64,000 nt of DNA from an uncultured Nitrospiraceae bacterium. Its GTDB lineage: Bacteria; Nitrospirota; Nitrospiria; Nitrospirales; Nitrospiraceae. The DNA lies in the NCBI GenBank assembly GCA_963846575.1, contig CAWJWJ010000002.1, positions 2,720,001-2,784,000 on the forward strand. The letters run 5' to 3'. The translations under genes were made by a program, and so were the position numbers. The notes beneath the pieces were generated by a model, which saw only the letters and a program-made list of their open reading frames with translations, searched no databases and had not been told where the DNA came from. Below, one piece after another: positions 19,443 through 29,147 of this stretch. How positions within the stretch are numbered: the stretch's first letter is position 1; every line of letters starts with the position of its first letter.

Positions 19443-19638
19443 TCGGCAGCCTGTTCATCGACGCAAAGAGATGGCCATCCAGCAGCTAGCCATGAACCGA
19501 ATTCGCCACCTCCTGCAGTTATTCCCGATCAGGTCACCAATCTGCGGGATCAGGGACCAGTGGGGGCTCTGAAACGCCGGGCAACGCGTGCCGCGACCCC
19601 GACGCTTGCCGGCTTGTTGCACCTGACCAGGCCGGTGC

Positions 19639-20235
19639 CTATTTTCGGGTATAGATGATCTCCATCATCTTCATCTCTTTTCCGCCCTTGTGGGTCCCGT
19701 ACATCTCGAAGGTCTGGCTGTTCGCATCCACCAACTTCCAGACCGCGCGATGTTTCATCTGACCTCCACCCGGTTCATCATGCTGCCCCTCCAAGGTGAT
19801 GGTCTTGCCGTCCGCGCTTGCCGTGCCTTCCATGAAGAAGATCCCGGTCGCCATGGTATCGATCCACATCGTGACGTATTTCTTGCGAAGATTGTCATAC
19901 CCGTCGATCCCGATCCCGGAGAAGGGTTTCCCCATCATCTCTCCCGTAAATTCCTGGTGGAGAAAGCGGCCGTCCAGCAACACCTTCATTTCAGCGGTGC
20001 CTGCGGATTCCATAGGCGGTTTTCCAGGTTCCATCCAGGACTTGGTGTGTGTGGTCCAACTTCCGGCCAGACTGGCAAGTTGCTGGTGAGGCTCACCGGG
20101 CGTGGCCAGCTTTTGGTAGACCTCCATCATGGCCTGCGGATCCATTTGTGTGTCCGACTTCTTCTCTTTGGCCATAGCAACGGAACTCGACAGCAGGATG
20201 CAGAGAGCAGCGACGGTCAGAAATGTCAGACGCAT
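19639..20235 (-). CDS. DUF1579 family secreted protein
   Basis: Signal peptide; TPGEPHQQLASLAGSW, GIGIDGYDNLRKKYVTMWIDTM. Confidence 0.88.
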   Translation of the reverse strand: MRLTFLTVAALCILLSSSVAMAKEKKSDTQMDPQAMMEVYQKLATPGEPHQQLASLAGSWTTHTKSWMEPGKPPMESAGTAEMKVLLDGRFLHQEFTGEMMGKPFSGIGIDGYDNLRKKYVTMWIDTMATGIFFMEGTASADGKTITLEGQHDEPGGGQMKHRAVWKLVDANSQTFEMYGTHKGGKEMKMMEIIYTRK

Positions 20236-20564
20236 GGTGTCCTCCTCAGGTCATAGTTATGGTTGTTCACCTCGATGATGGCGTAGCCGCCGGGCCAGGC
20301 GGCAGTGAGGCTCTCAGGCCTTAGCCAACATCCTGAATCTTCCCCTGGTGCGTTCAGTACCTCCGTACTGTTTCAGCAGTAGGCCCCAGACCCGCCCCTT
20401 TGGCCTCCGGCGGCCCGTTTCTGCACTTACTATCCTCGGACTGAGGACCTCCGCTCCTTGGTACGTATCGAGTCAGGACGTCATCGACACGGACGCTCTC
20501 GCCTTTCCATCAACGAATGGTGCTCTTGCCCGTTCGAGGCTTATGTGATCAGTCAAACAACGGC

Positions 20565-21338
20565 TTAGTGACGTTTCGGTTTGGGCACACACCACAGGTC
20601 TTTGACTTTGCAAAGGCTTGCGAGCATCTCTTCGGACTCTTGAGTAATGGTTGCTATTTCCGTCTGGTCGATCGGCTGCACCATGTATCCATGGGGGCCA
20701 TGAAGGATCACAAACGGATACATGCCACCGGGTTTCCCGCCGCCGATGTCTTCGTTGGATACATGGGGAGCGTAATACATCACGTGCGGGAAATTAATGG
20801 TTTGGACATGGTCGCTTTCATCCGGGTTGGTGAACGTTCTGAGCACTGGAGACAGCATATACGAAATCCCGGTTCGTTCCGGCGCCCTATAGTAGCCTGA
20901 TTTGTAACGGTCCTTGATCGTGCTCTTGAGTTCACCCGGAGACATACCCGTAGCCTGCAGTTTTGCGATGTCAAAAAAGACCTGCATCTGTGCCCCGGGA
21001 CCTGCGTTGTCGAACGAAATCGGGTAGAGAATATCATCCCGATATTCCTTCAAGGGCCAGGCTCCCCTGCATGTATCCTCCCCGGTTCGGGCGACAAAGG
21101 CATGGAAACCGTTCGTCCCCTTGCGGGCAACCTCAAAGCCCGACTCGGGATTCAAGGTATACACGGTTGCCTCGCCTCTGAGGCGTGCGGGGAGCGCGCT
21201 GAGCGCCAGTTGAATCTCCAGATCTCGCGGGAGCGGTTCGAGCGTGGTCCTCACCTTGGACATCGTACTCTCCTCGGCATTCGCGCTGAGCACAAACAAG
21301 AGGGTCACAATGGCAACAAGACACTGAACGGTTTTCAT
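20565..21338 (-). CDS. Conserved hypothetical secreted protein
   Basis: GGAGG RBS, signal peptide ending ANA, GISYMLSP and PHVMYYAP motifs. Confidence 0.75.
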   Translation of the reverse strand: MKTVQCLVAIVTLLFVLSANAEESTMSKVRTTLEPLPRDLEIQLALSALPARLRGEATVYTLNPESGFEVARKGTNGFHAFVARTGEDTCRGAWPLKEYRDDILYPISFDNAGPGAQMQVFFDIAKLQATGMSPGELKSTIKDRYKSGYYRAPERTGISYMLSPVLRTFTNPDESDHVQTINFPHVMYYAPHVSNEDIGGGKPGGMYPFVILHGPHGYMVQPIDQTEIATITQESEEMLASLCKVKDLWCVPKPKRH

Positions 21339-21511
21339 AGTGCGTTCCTCCTGTGTGTGACTGCCTGACGCTGGAGCCCTTCATTTGTTCTGACGGCCGA
21401 TGGCGTGCGGCGCGACTCTGCAACGACGGGATCCTGCTTCATTGCGACATCGATGAACAGCGCAGGATCACGGTCACAGCATCGATCTGATGACGTCAGT
21501 ACCACTCCTTG

Positions 21512-21943
21512 CTACTGCCTCTTGGCTGCCTCTGCCCGGATGCGCTCTTCTTGCGCTCTCAGTTCCGGCGTGAACTCGGCTCCAAAGTCCTCCGCTTCGA
21601 AGATCTGGCGAATTTCGATTTCTCCTTCTCTGCCGTCCACGGCCGGATTCGGACAGCGCTTCACCCATTCGATCGCTTCCTCCTTCGACCGCAGTTGCCA
21701 GATCCAATAGCCGGCGATCAACTCCTTGGTCTCAGCAAAGGGTCCGTCGATCACGGTTCTCTTGTCTCCAGAGAATGTGACCCGCGCGCCTTTGGCACTC
21801 GGCTGAAGTCCGTCGCCGGCAAGGAGAACGCCGGCCTGTACGAGTTCTTCGTTGAACTTCCCCATCTCTGAGAGCAACTTCTCGCTCGGCATCACGCCGG
21901 CTTCCGAATCCTTCGTGGCTTTGACAATAATCATGAATCGCAT
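21512..21943 (-). CDS. YciI/DGPF domain protein
   Basis: DGPFAETKELIAGYW motif, GGAGG RBS. Confidence 0.92.
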   Translation of the reverse strand: MRFMIIVKATKDSEAGVMPSEKLLSEMGKFNEELVQAGVLLAGDGLQPSAKGARVTFSGDKRTVIDGPFAETKELIAGYWIWQLRSKEEAIEWVKRCPNPAVDGREGEIEIRQIFEAEDFGAEFTPELRAQEERIRAEAAKRQ

Positions 21944-22056
21944 AATGATCTCTCCTCCCTGCATCCAGAGTCACGGGGACCCCTTCGGGGGCTCGACTGG
22001 TGCGAAGGCCGTACCGACTATCCCAATCCGCCCAATTGAGCACCTCCTCTCCTCTC

Positions 22057-22084
22057 TAGTCGATGGCGGGACGACATTTCGACG
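22057..22084 (-). promoter_or_regulatory. ECF42-type promoter (site D)
   Basis: CGTCGA-N16-CGACTA upstream of the YciI gene starting at 21943. Confidence 0.65.
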
Positions 22085-22101
22085 GCCCTTCTCCCGGTTC
22101 T

Positions 22102-22572
22102 CTAATCGCACATCATCTTCTCCGCCGACTGCCGTATCTCTTCGGGACTGACATCGCGGATGTGGGTGGCAACCGACCACTGATGGCCGAACGGATCTTC
22201 GAGCTTGGCGTACCGGTCCCCCCAGAACGTATCCTCCAGCGGCATCGTAATCGTCGCACCTGCCGCGACCGCCGCCTTGACGACAGCATCGACATCCTGG
22301 ACATACAAATGGATCGTGACGGCCGAGCCCTTGAGTGACTTGGGGCCGAGCTGCCCCCAGTCGGGGAATTCGTCGACCAGCATCACCGGGGAATCCCCGA
22401 TGCGGATCCGCGCATGCATCAACTTTCCGCGCGGGCCCGGCACCCGCCATAATTCCTCGGCTCCGAACGCTTGTGTGTAAAACGCGATGGCCTCGGCGGC
22501 ACCGGCACACACCAGATGCGGAGTCACCGTATGCATACCGGGTGGAATGGCTTGTATTGGTGCGGTGGGCAT
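22102..22572 (-). CDS. VOC/glyoxalase (PhnB-like) protein
   Basis: TVTPHL...AIAFYTQAFGAEE...DTFWGDRY..LEDPFGHQW. Confidence 0.92.
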   Translation of the reverse strand: MPTAPIQAIPPGMHTVTPHLVCAGAAEAIAFYTQAFGAEELWRVPGPRGKLMHARIRIGDSPVMLVDEFPDWGQLGPKSLKGSAVTIHLYVQDVDAVVKAAVAAGATITMPLEDTFWGDRYAKLEDPFGHQWSVATHIRDVSPEEIRQSAEKMMCD

Positions 22573-22702
22573 GGTCGGGTCTCCTTGTTGATTGTGAAAT
22601 CATGAAGTTCAGCGTCGGTCCCTTCACAAGACCTACTGCCGTCCCGGCGAAGGGGCCCTCGAAGGTATGGCAACGAATCACTTCGCTTGCCACATGAGGT
22701 CG

Positions 22703-23116
22703 TCAACCGTCAGGCTGCTTTCCGTTCTTCTGCGGGATGCGGTGGCAGATCTCGAGGCGATTTCCGCAGGGGTCCTCAAAAAACAGCGCGTAATAACCAG
22801 GGCCCTCATCGTATCCGGGACCTTCGATATTCCGACCGCCGGCGCGGCGTACGACTCCCGCAAGTCGATCCACTTCGCTCGTGCTGTCCGCCCAAAACGC
22901 AACGCGCGTCCCATTGGGAACGTGATCCGGGGATTCCGTAATACCGAAGAACTCGGCCACACCCGCTTGGACCTCCGCTTCCAATTGATACCAGGTATCA
23001 TCGCTCACGTCCTTGGTAAACCCGAGAGCTGGCAACAGCAGCTGGTAGAATGGCCGCGCGGAAGCCAGACTCGTCACACGCAGATCTATGTGATCAAACT
23101 GTCGTTGAATCGTCAT
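22703..23116 (-). CDS. VOC/glyoxalase family protein
   Basis: FDHIDLRV, YYALFFEDPCGNRLEICH. Confidence 0.9.
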   Translation of the reverse strand: MTIQRQFDHIDLRVTSLASARPFYQLLLPALGFTKDVSDDTWYQLEAEVQAGVAEFFGITESPDHVPNGTRVAFWADSTSEVDRLAGVVRRAGGRNIEGPGYDEGPGYYALFFEDPCGNRLEICHRIPQKNGKQPDG

Positions 23117-23354
23117 GACACCCTCCGGTATGGAGCCCGGGTTAGATTAAAGGTCGCAGCGGGAACCGATACCGGGCCTCCGGCCTGTCGCCTGGTACAC
23201 GTTGTTGGGCCGGATGAGGAGTATTGGTTGTCATGATCGTCTCACATGCGTCCTGGCTGGACCAGCAGCCGGTCCTAAGTCCATCACATTCAGGTTGAAG
23301 CGCCGGATAATCTGCACATACACCGAGGTCACTGTCCCCTGCCGCATGAGGTTG

Positions 23355-23651
23355 TTAGCCTCCCGCCATAGCCCCTACGATCAACAATGGCTCGGCGCCG
23401 TTCGCGACCGCCTCAGGGAGCGGCGCGTCCGGCCCCTCATGCGACAGGTCCTGCTCGCAGGCAAAAAACCGCACGAACGGTCGTCGCCGTTGTGTGACGT
23501 GGTCGCGGATCGTGCCCCGCAGCATCGGATAGCGGCCCTCCAGCGCGTCGAGCACTGCGCGCGTCGTGACGGGAGAGTCTACCTCCAATGCCACCTCACC
23601 GCTGATACGTGCCAACGTCCGCAAGTGCGCCGGCAGAACGACCCGGATCAT
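23355..23651 (-). CDS. MoaD/ThiS-family ubiquitin-like protein
   Basis: 98 aa, beta-grasp pattern, C-terminal AMAGG; GGAGG RBS. Confidence 0.9.
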   Translation of the reverse strand: MIRVVLPAHLRTLARISGEVALEVDSPVTTRAVLDALEGRYPMLRGTIRDHVTQRRRPFVRFFACEQDLSHEGPDAPLPEAVANGAEPLLIVGAMAGG

Positions 23652-23781
23652 GTTGCCTCCGTTGATGTTATCTCGCGGGCACAGCCAATCAACTTTGGGC
23701 TCCCGTCTCCCGTGATCCTGCGACTGTTCCAAAAGCCACAGCGACCGGGGCGGCAACTGCAAGACTATCTTCAGCGGCCGG

Positions 23782-24963
23782 CTACAACGTCTGTACCTCG
23801 ACCGACAACACAGCCGGAAGATCCCGGACTATGGGATTCCAACTCTCCCCCGCATCGGCCGACACATAGACCTGCCCGCCGGTGGTCCCAACGTAAAGAC
23901 CGCAGGGATCAAGCGAGTCGGTGGCCATGGCATCGCGCAGGACATTGACGTAGCAATCCTGTTGCGGCAGGCCCTTCGTGAGTGCCTCCCACTCGTTCCC
24001 GCCGGTGCGGCTGCGATAGACCCGCAATTTCCCGTCGGGGGGGTAATGCTCCGAGTCGCTCTTGATCGGCACGACGTAGATCGTCTCCGGTTCATGCGCA
24101 TGCACCGCGATCGGAAATCCGAAATCGCTCGGCAGGTTGCCGCTGATCTCATGCCAGGAATCTCCGGCATCGTCGCTGCGAAGGACATCCCAATGTTTCT
24201 GCATGAACAACACGTTCGGACGCGACGGATGCATGGCGATGCTGTGCACACAGTGGCCGACTTCCGCATCCGGATCCGGCAGCTCAAACTGCGACTTGAG
24301 GCCGCGGTTGATGGGTTTCCAGGTCTTGCCGGCATCGTCGGTCCGGAAAGCGCCCGCGGCAGAGATGGCAAGAAACATGCGATCGGGCCGGCTTCGATCC
24401 AACAGGATCGTGTGCAGACACATCCCGCCGGCGCCCGGTTGCCAGAGATGCCCCTTCGCGCTACGCAGGCCTGGCAGCTCCTTCCAGGTTTTTCCCCCAT
24501 CCGACGATCTGAACATCGCCGCATCTTCCACTCCGGCGTAGACCGTGTCCGGATCGGTCAACGATGGCTCAAGATGCCAGACCCGTTTGAACTCCCATGG
24601 ACGCTGCGTGCCGTCGTAATGTTGATGGGTGGTGAGCGGCCTGCCTGTTTCCTCGGACGCGTCATAGACGAACATGTTGCTCTCGCCTGTCGGCGTCCCG
24701 TCCGTTCCCATCAAATCTTCCGGCTTGGTCCCGGGCGGGTGCCAGGTTTTCCCGCCGTCATCCGAACGCTGAATCACCTGACCGAACCAACTGCTGGTTT
24801 GCGAAGCATAGACCCGGTTCGGATCGGCGGGAGATCCCTTGAGATGGTAGAGCTCCCAGCCGGCGAAATGGGGACCATCGACGGTCCAGTGCTTGCGCGT
24901 GCCATCCGCAGTCAAAATGAACGCCCCCTTGCGTGTCCCGACCAATACGCGTATCGCACTCAT
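23782..24963 (-). CDS. BNR/Asp-box repeat beta-propeller (sialidase-like) protein
   Basis: Repeated [40 protein letters not shown] Asp-boxes; VGTRKG N-terminus; no signal peptide. Confidence 0.9.
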   Translation of the reverse strand: MSAIRVLVGTRKGAFILTADGTRKHWTVDGPHFAGWELYHLKGSPADPNRVYASQTSSWFGQVIQRSDDGGKTWHPPGTKPEDLMGTDGTPTGESNMFVYDASEETGRPLTTHQHYDGTQRPWEFKRVWHLEPSLTDPDTVYAGVEDAAMFRSSDGGKTWKELPGLRSAKGHLWQPGAGGMCLHTILLDRSRPDRMFLAISAAGAFRTDDAGKTWKPINRGLKSQFELPDPDAEVGHCVHSIAMHPSRPNVLFMQKHWDVLRSDDAGDSWHEISGNLPSDFGFPIAVHAHEPETIYVVPIKSDSEHYPPDGKLRVYRSRTGGNEWEALTKGLPQQDCYVNVLRDAMATDSLDPCGLYVGTTGGQVYVSADAGESWNPIVRDLPAVLSVEVQTL

Positions 24964-25043
24964 TCCTTCCTCCTTCGTTCGATTCGTCCCGCCCATAGCG
25001 TTGGCGTCATGCGCCGGCGGTGCCCGGGGTGCACGGTCAAGCC

Positions 25044-25445
25044 CTACGGCACCGCACCTTCACCCATCGACACCAGCTCCCACATGTGGCCGTCGAGATC
25101 CTGGAATCCATGGCCGTACATGAAGCCGTGGTCTTTTGGATCGCTGAACGTGGTGCCGCCGGCCGCCACCGCCTCACGCACCATGTCGTCGACCTGTCCC
25201 CGGCTGTCGAGGGAGAGACAGATCAGAACTTCGGTACTCTTCGTCGCGTCACAAATGTGCTTGGGGGTAAACGACTGAAACTTGTCCCGGGTCAGGAGCA
25301 TCACGAAGATGTCATCGGTCACGACCATGCAGGTGGCGGTCTCGTCGCTGAACTGCGGATTGAACGTAAAGCCGAGGGCGGTAAAGAACCGGATGGATTG
25401 TTCGAGGTCCTGAACCGGAAGGTTCACGAAGATCTTGGTAGCCAT
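25044..25445 (-). CDS. VOC family (predicted lactoylglutathione lyase-like) protein
   Basis: [43 protein letters not shown]. Confidence 0.9.
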   Translation of the reverse strand: MATKIFVNLPVQDLEQSIRFFTALGFTFNPQFSDETATCMVVTDDIFVMLLTRDKFQSFTPKHICDATKSTEVLICLSLDSRGQVDDMVREAVAAGGTTFSDPKDHGFMYGHGFQDLDGHMWELVSMGEGAVP

Positions 25446-25504
25446 GGAATATCCTGTTCTGAAACCGCGCTCCCCCGCAGAGGGGAAGACTGTTTCTGTA
25501 TGAC

Positions 25505-25532
25505 TAGTCGCATAGGTCACTGGAAATCGACA
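25505..25532 (-). promoter_or_regulatory. ECF42-type promoter (site C)
   Basis: TGTCGA-N16-CGACTA upstream of the VOC-propeller-Ubl unit. Confidence 0.72.
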
Positions 25533-25561
25533 GGCCCCGCCGCCCCGGATGTCTCAAATTG

Positions 25562-26050
25562 TCATCGCGATTGCCCATAGGCTCGCCTGATAGCCCCCAG
25601 GTCTGGTTTGGTCATCTGAAGAATCACCTGCATGACCGCCTCCGATTTCTTCGGGTCTTTGTCCCGCAACATCTCCTCCCACGCAGGGTGGACGAGTTGC
25701 CATGACAATCCATATTTGTCCTTCAACCAGCCGCACCGGCCCTCTTCTCCCCCCCGGGAGAGCCTGCTCCACATGTGATCGATCTCTTCCTGGGTGTCAC
25801 ACGTCACCATGAAAGAAACCGCTTCGGTGAACGTGAAAGCAGGCCCGCCGTTTAACGCCACGAATTCCTGCCCGTCGATGGTAAATGACACGGTCAGCAC
25901 CGACCCCTTCGGTCTGCCGGAGACCTCGGCCCCTGCCTCGCCGTAGCGGGTCAGGTTCCCGAGTGTGGAGTTCTTGAACACCGACACGTAAAACGTGGCC
26001 GCTTCCTCGGCCTGGTCCTCAAACCACAGACAGGGGGTGATCTTCTGCAT
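25562..26050 (-). CDS. VOC family 3-demethylubiquinone-9 3-methyltransferase-like (PhnB) protein
   Basis: MQKITPCLWF, ALNGGP.F.FTEAVSF, CGWLKDKYGLSWQ. Confidence 0.92.
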   Translation of the reverse strand: MQKITPCLWFEDQAEEAATFYVSVFKNSTLGNLTRYGEAGAEVSGRPKGSVLTVSFTIDGQEFVALNGGPAFTFTEAVSFMVTCDTQEEIDHMWSRLSRGGEEGRCGWLKDKYGLSWQLVHPAWEEMLRDKDPKKSEAVMQVILQMTKPDLGAIRRAYGQSR

Positions 26051-26107
26051 CTGGTCTCCTTTCAGAGGCGATATGCCGCGCTCCGGCATCGCGTCAACAC
26101 GCAAGGG

Positions 26108-26803
26108 CTACGTATATCGATCATGGTGCCGAACCCAGTCCATGGTCGAATCGGGATGCTCGTCCCTCCCCCGGCACGCCAGGTCCAGCCAGTTGTAGGC
26201 GCTATTCAACAGGTCGAGGCCCCGGCCATAGGTCGAGTAGGTGTGAAACACCTCGTCATCGCGACGGCAAAAAAAGCTTGCTCCGGGCATTTCATCGCTC
26301 AGGTAGGGCCCGACTCTATAATTGTAGGTGGCCTGCCCTGTCCGTTCATCCTCGTCCGAAAAGGACACCCCGAAATCCACGTTGAAGTCGGACTCGAGCG
26401 ACGACACCCATGGAAAGGCCCATCCCATCCGCCGTTTAAACTGGTCGAGTTTGGAAAGGGGCGCCCGCGACACCACGACGAAGGCCAGGTCACGGTGGGC
26501 CAGATGAACAGGTATCCCCTGAAAGCCGTCGGCCCAAAACGAGCAGCTTTTGCAGCCCTGCTCCCAATCGGGCCCGAACATGAAATGATAGATCGCGAGC
26601 TGCGACCGCCCCTCAAACAGGTCGATGAGCCGCAGCGTTCCATCGGGGCCGCTGAACAGATAGTCCTTCTCCACCCTATGCCAGGGTAGGGCACGGATCT
26701 CAGCCGTCAGCCGGTCCCGCTGCCTGGTAAACGCCTTCTCCCGCTCGAGCAGGTCCTTGCGCGCCTTGATCCATTCGTCCGGGGATACGATGTGCTGTGG
26801 CAT
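26108..26803 (-). CDS. DUF899 thioredoxin-like protein
   Basis: LFEGRSQLAIYHFMFGP, GCKSCS, FHTYSTYGRG, WVRHHDRY. Confidence 0.92.
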   Translation of the reverse strand: MPQHIVSPDEWIKARKDLLEREKAFTRQRDRLTAEIRALPWHRVEKDYLFSGPDGTLRLIDLFEGRSQLAIYHFMFGPDWEQGCKSCSFWADGFQGIPVHLAHRDLAFVVVSRAPLSKLDQFKRRMGWAFPWVSSLESDFNVDFGVSFSDEDERTGQATYNYRVGPYLSDEMPGASFFCRRDDEVFHTYSTYGRGLDLLNSAYNWLDLACRGRDEHPDSTMDWVRHHDRYT

Positions 26804-26907
26804 GGCAGCCCTCCAGGTTGAGGATGGAAACGGTCGGCGCGAGTCCGGCCGGGGCCTGCCGGCACCCGCCGGGCGGAACAGGGTCCGGTCTTCGGATCAC
26901 CCTTCGT

Positions 26908-27273
26908 TTACTCATTCGGCAACCCCGCGATCTCCCTGACCGGTCGAACCTCCACCGTTCCGATGCGCGCGCCCGGAACCAGAGCGGCGATGGCAGTCGC
27001 CTCCTCAAGATCCTTGGCATGGATCAGGAAGTATCCGGCGAGTTGCTCCTTCGTTTCAATGAAGGGACCATCGGTCACGGATCGCTGGCCGTCCCGCACG
27101 CGCACCACCCTTGCCGTGCCGGCCGGATGCAGGGGGGACGCACTGACATACTGGCCCGTCGCGTGGAGCCGGTGCGTGAGCTCCACAGATTCCTTCAGCA
27201 ACTCCTTCCGGGTGGCCTCACTCATGTTGGCGAAGGCCCCTTCATCATGATGAACCATCAACAGAAACGTCAT
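26908..27273 (-). CDS. YciI/DGPF domain protein
   Basis: TDGPFIETKEQLAGYFLI, VEVRPV. Confidence 0.92.
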   Translation of the reverse strand: MTFLLMVHHDEGAFANMSEATRKELLKESVELTHRLHATGQYVSASPLHPAGTARVVRVRDGQRSVTDGPFIETKEQLAGYFLIHAKDLEEATAIAALVPGARIGTVEVRPVREIAGLPNE

Positions 27274-27297
27274 GCGACCACCTCCCCGGCTATGTGT

Positions 27298-27325
27298 TCG
27301 TCGCTCGACCTGTCCACAATCGACA
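27298..27325 (-). promoter_or_regulatory. ECF42-type promoter (site B)
   Basis: TGTCGA-N16-CGACGA, followed by GGAGG RBS and the YciI start at 27273. Confidence 0.7.
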
Positions 27326-27417
27326 GGGCCCCCGCTGCCGCCCTGTTCCGTCGATCACCGGCAGCTGTCCTCTCGCCCCCGGCGCTCGCCGGACGGGATG
27401 TTCCGCTTCAGACGGCT

Positions 27418-27777
27418 CTACGTCGGCATCCCTGTGAGGTCGATCACCGGCCTGACCTCGACCGTGCCCCATCGCGCGGGGGGAATCCGCGCCGCAATGG
27501 CGATCGCCTCGTCGAGATTCTTGGCATCGATGAGGAAGTAGCCGCCCAGCTGTTCCCTCGTCTCGGCAAACGGACCATCGATCACGAGCCGCTTTCCGTC
27601 GCGCATGCGGACGCTGGTGGCCATCGAGGTCGGGTGCAGCGGATCGGCGGCCAGGTAGTGGCCGTTCGCCTTGAGATCGTGGGCGACCTGCTTCGACTCC
27701 TCGTAGCAGTCCTGACGCGCCTGTTCTTCCAGCGCCTTCTCATCCGCATAAATGAGCAGCATATATTTCATCTGCAC
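27418..27777 (-). CDS. YciI/DGPF domain protein
   Basis: MKYMLLIY, IDGPFAETREQLGGYFLI, VEVRPV. Confidence 0.92.
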   Translation of the reverse strand: MQMKYMLLIYADEKALEEQARQDCYEESKQVAHDLKANGHYLAADPLHPTSMATSVRMRDGKRLVIDGPFAETREQLGGYFLIDAKNLDEAIAIAARIPPARWGTVEVRPVIDLTGMPT

Positions 27778-27807
27778 GCCTCCTTCGTGTGGCCGATTGA
27801 TATGAGA

Positions 27808-27835
27808 TAGTCGTCGCGCCGCCTTGAAATCGACA
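27808..27835 (-). promoter_or_regulatory. ECF42-type promoter (site A)
   Basis: TGTCGA-N16-CGACTA, followed by AGGAGG RBS and the YciI start. Confidence 0.72.
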
Positions 27836-28113
27836 TCCGTACTCCTGGAATAATTTCAACCTCTTACATCCCGCAAGCCCAGAACCGCCCGGTGCACGGC
27901 CACCCTCCTGGACCTGACGAGGGCTGCCGGGGCCTGATGAGGAATGGATTCCACAACGGCCCTGCTCGAGTTTTGTCGGTGGTCCTATGTTTGGTTCTGT
28001 CCTCCGAACCATCGCGTGGTGCGGGGAGTGACAAATAAAAAAGAGTGGGCCATGGTGTCAGGGACAGGAGCGCGAGCAGGCGCGATCGTCGAGCAGATGG
28101 GGAGCCAAAGGCG

Positions 28114-28263
28114 TTAATGACGCTTGAAGTACTGCACCGCACGCTCATGGTCCTTGGCAGCCTGGAGACTGTCGAAGGTGCCAAGGTTTCTCCGCCTGCC
28201 CGTCTTTGGATCGGGGTTACGCGAGTAGAGCCGGTATCTGCCGGAACCCAACTTTCGAATCAT
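28114..28263 (-). CDS. Small basic conserved hypothetical protein (49 aa)
   Basis: GGAGG RBS; MIRKLGSGRYRLYSRNPDPKTGRRRNLGTFDSLQAAKDHERAVQYFKRH. Confidence 0.75.
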   Translation of the reverse strand: MIRKLGSGRYRLYSRNPDPKTGRRRNLGTFDSLQAAKDHERAVQYFKRH

Positions 28264-28553
28264 GGCGGCCTCCGGTTCATGGTTCAACGGGCGAGTCCTG
28301 TGACAGTTCACCGTACCACCAGGAACATCGGCTTGAACTAGGTCCGTCCCTAGCCGCATCATTCCCCGATCGCTGAAACGTCGGCATCCGCGGGGCGACC
28401 AGGAGTTTTTCCCAGTGGCCCCTCAACCTCGAATGGACTTATCGTCAGAGCATGGGCGGCCATCCAGCCCTGCTGGAAGCATGGTTGCCGTACCCCTGCG
28501 GGACCCTGGCGCCCGCAATGGCAGAAGACAACGACCGCGTTCCACAAAGATCC

Positions 28554-29147
28554 ATGTTGTTCCGGAAACAGGTCCTGGAAGGGATCAGGAGAGGTAGAGT
28601 CACGCTTGCGTTCCGGCGCTGGCGACGGCCCTCAGTGCGTGAACGAGGCACCTTGCTGACCCCCGCGGGCAAACTCGACATCGGATCAATCTCTCTCGTG
28701 AAGCCCGACCGCATCTCAACGGCCGATGCACGACGCGCCGGATACGATTCCCGGGCTGCGCTGCTGACGGACCTGAGGCGTCGTCCACAGGGGCAATGGT
28801 ATCGCATCGAACTCGGCCCGCTACGGCCCGATCCGCGTCTCTCGGCCCGCACACGTCCGGTTAAAACGCCTGAGGACTTACAGGATCTCCGCATACGTCT
28901 ACGGAGGATGGACGATCGAGCCGCGGCGGGCCCCTGGACGCTCCGAACGCTCCGGGTCATTCAACGGCATCCCGGGGTTCGGGCGGGCGATCTCTGTCTC
29001 ATGCTCGGCCAGGACAAAAAACCCTTCAAACTAAACGTCCGAAAACTGAAGAAGCTGGGCCTGACTGAAAGTTTGGAGACGGGGTATCGACTATCGCTTC
29101 GTGGACGGTCCTTACTAAGAAAACTACGCGCGGCTTCCCTCGACTGA
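28554..29147 (+). CDS. Hypothetical protein: ASCH/PUA-like N-terminus plus winged-helix-like C-terminus
   Basis: GIRRGRVTLAFRRW.RP.V..RGT...DARRAGY; C-terminal FKLNVRKLKKLGLTESLETGYRLS.RG. Confidence 0.7.
   Translation: MLFRKQVLEGIRRGRVTLAFRRWRRPSVRERGTLLTPAGKLDIGSISLVKPDRISTADARRAGYDSRAALLTDLRRRPQGQWYRIELGPLRPDPRLSARTRPVKTPEDLQDLRIRLRRMDDRAAAGPWTLRTLRVIQRHPGVRAGDLCLMLGQDKKPFKLNVRKLKKLGLTESLETGYRLSLRGRSLLRKLRAASLD

Noticed and set aside
20460..20490. TGTCGA upstream of the DUF1579 gene
   Set aside because: No CGAC/CGTC at the 16-bp spacing
21423..21449. Fifth ECF42-like site TGTCGC-N15-CGTCGT upstream of the 21338 gene
   Set aside because: Mismatch in -35 and spacer of 15 rather than 16; only a weak candidate
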